A DNA stretch of 63,941 nt, counting the filler, from Octopus bimaculoides (taxonomy: Eukaryota): assembly GCF_001194135.2 (NCBI RefSeq). It is 8 parts of 8 records of this genome, joined end to end, with 100 filler letters (N's around TTAATTAATTAA, not from the genome) between each part and the next. Parts side by side here need not be neighbours in the genome. Positions count along the whole stretch, not along the records: positions 62,243 to 63,941 come from NC_068985.1; 7 more parts are not named here. The stretch is one strand, 5' to 3'. The notes below the pieces were generated by a model. It was not told the origin of the DNA. It ran no database searches and saw nothing but the letters and a program-made list of their open reading frames with translations. The position numbers were made by a program, and so were the translations under genes. Position 1 is the stretch's first letter. The number at the start of each line of letters is the position of its first letter. Shown here in pieces: positions 63,831 through 63,941 of the stretch.

Positions 63831-63941
63831 TTGATAATTTATGTAAGATGTTTTTGTATATAATATACATGTTATTATAATGGATGAAGGGATGATTATT
63901 GAATGGTTATTATTTTGATATTATGATATTTTTTTAATAAT

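Overview
Repeat-saturated, gap-rich eukaryotic genomic DNA, most likely from a coleoid cephalopod such as Octopus (inferred from recalled SINE/LINE families and microsatellite density, not from a search). Only one host coding exon is recognisable: the first coding exon of a cGMP-dependent protein kinase with a PKG I-beta-type N-terminus (minus strand, 4848-4526). Positions 1-4525 are therefore intron, and the rest of the window is upstream/intergenic sequence. That sequence holds three to four tRNA-derived SINE families, many R4/Dong-like (RLE) LINE fragments tied to (TAA)n arrays, and CR1, RTE and Tx1/L1 LINE relics. It also holds a Naiad-like Penelope RT relic, a probable Penelope terminal repeat with a decayed minimal hammerhead ribozyme, a pogo/Tigger transposase relic and a Helitron-like element. 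Nearly all long ORFs in the track are microsatellite or N-gap artefacts. I found no convincing wholly new multi-gene system. The best leads are the microsatellite-embedded retroelement ends, the hammerhead relic, the PKG uORF/TAATG start arrangement and several perfect hairpins. Repeat boundaries are read by eye and are approximate.
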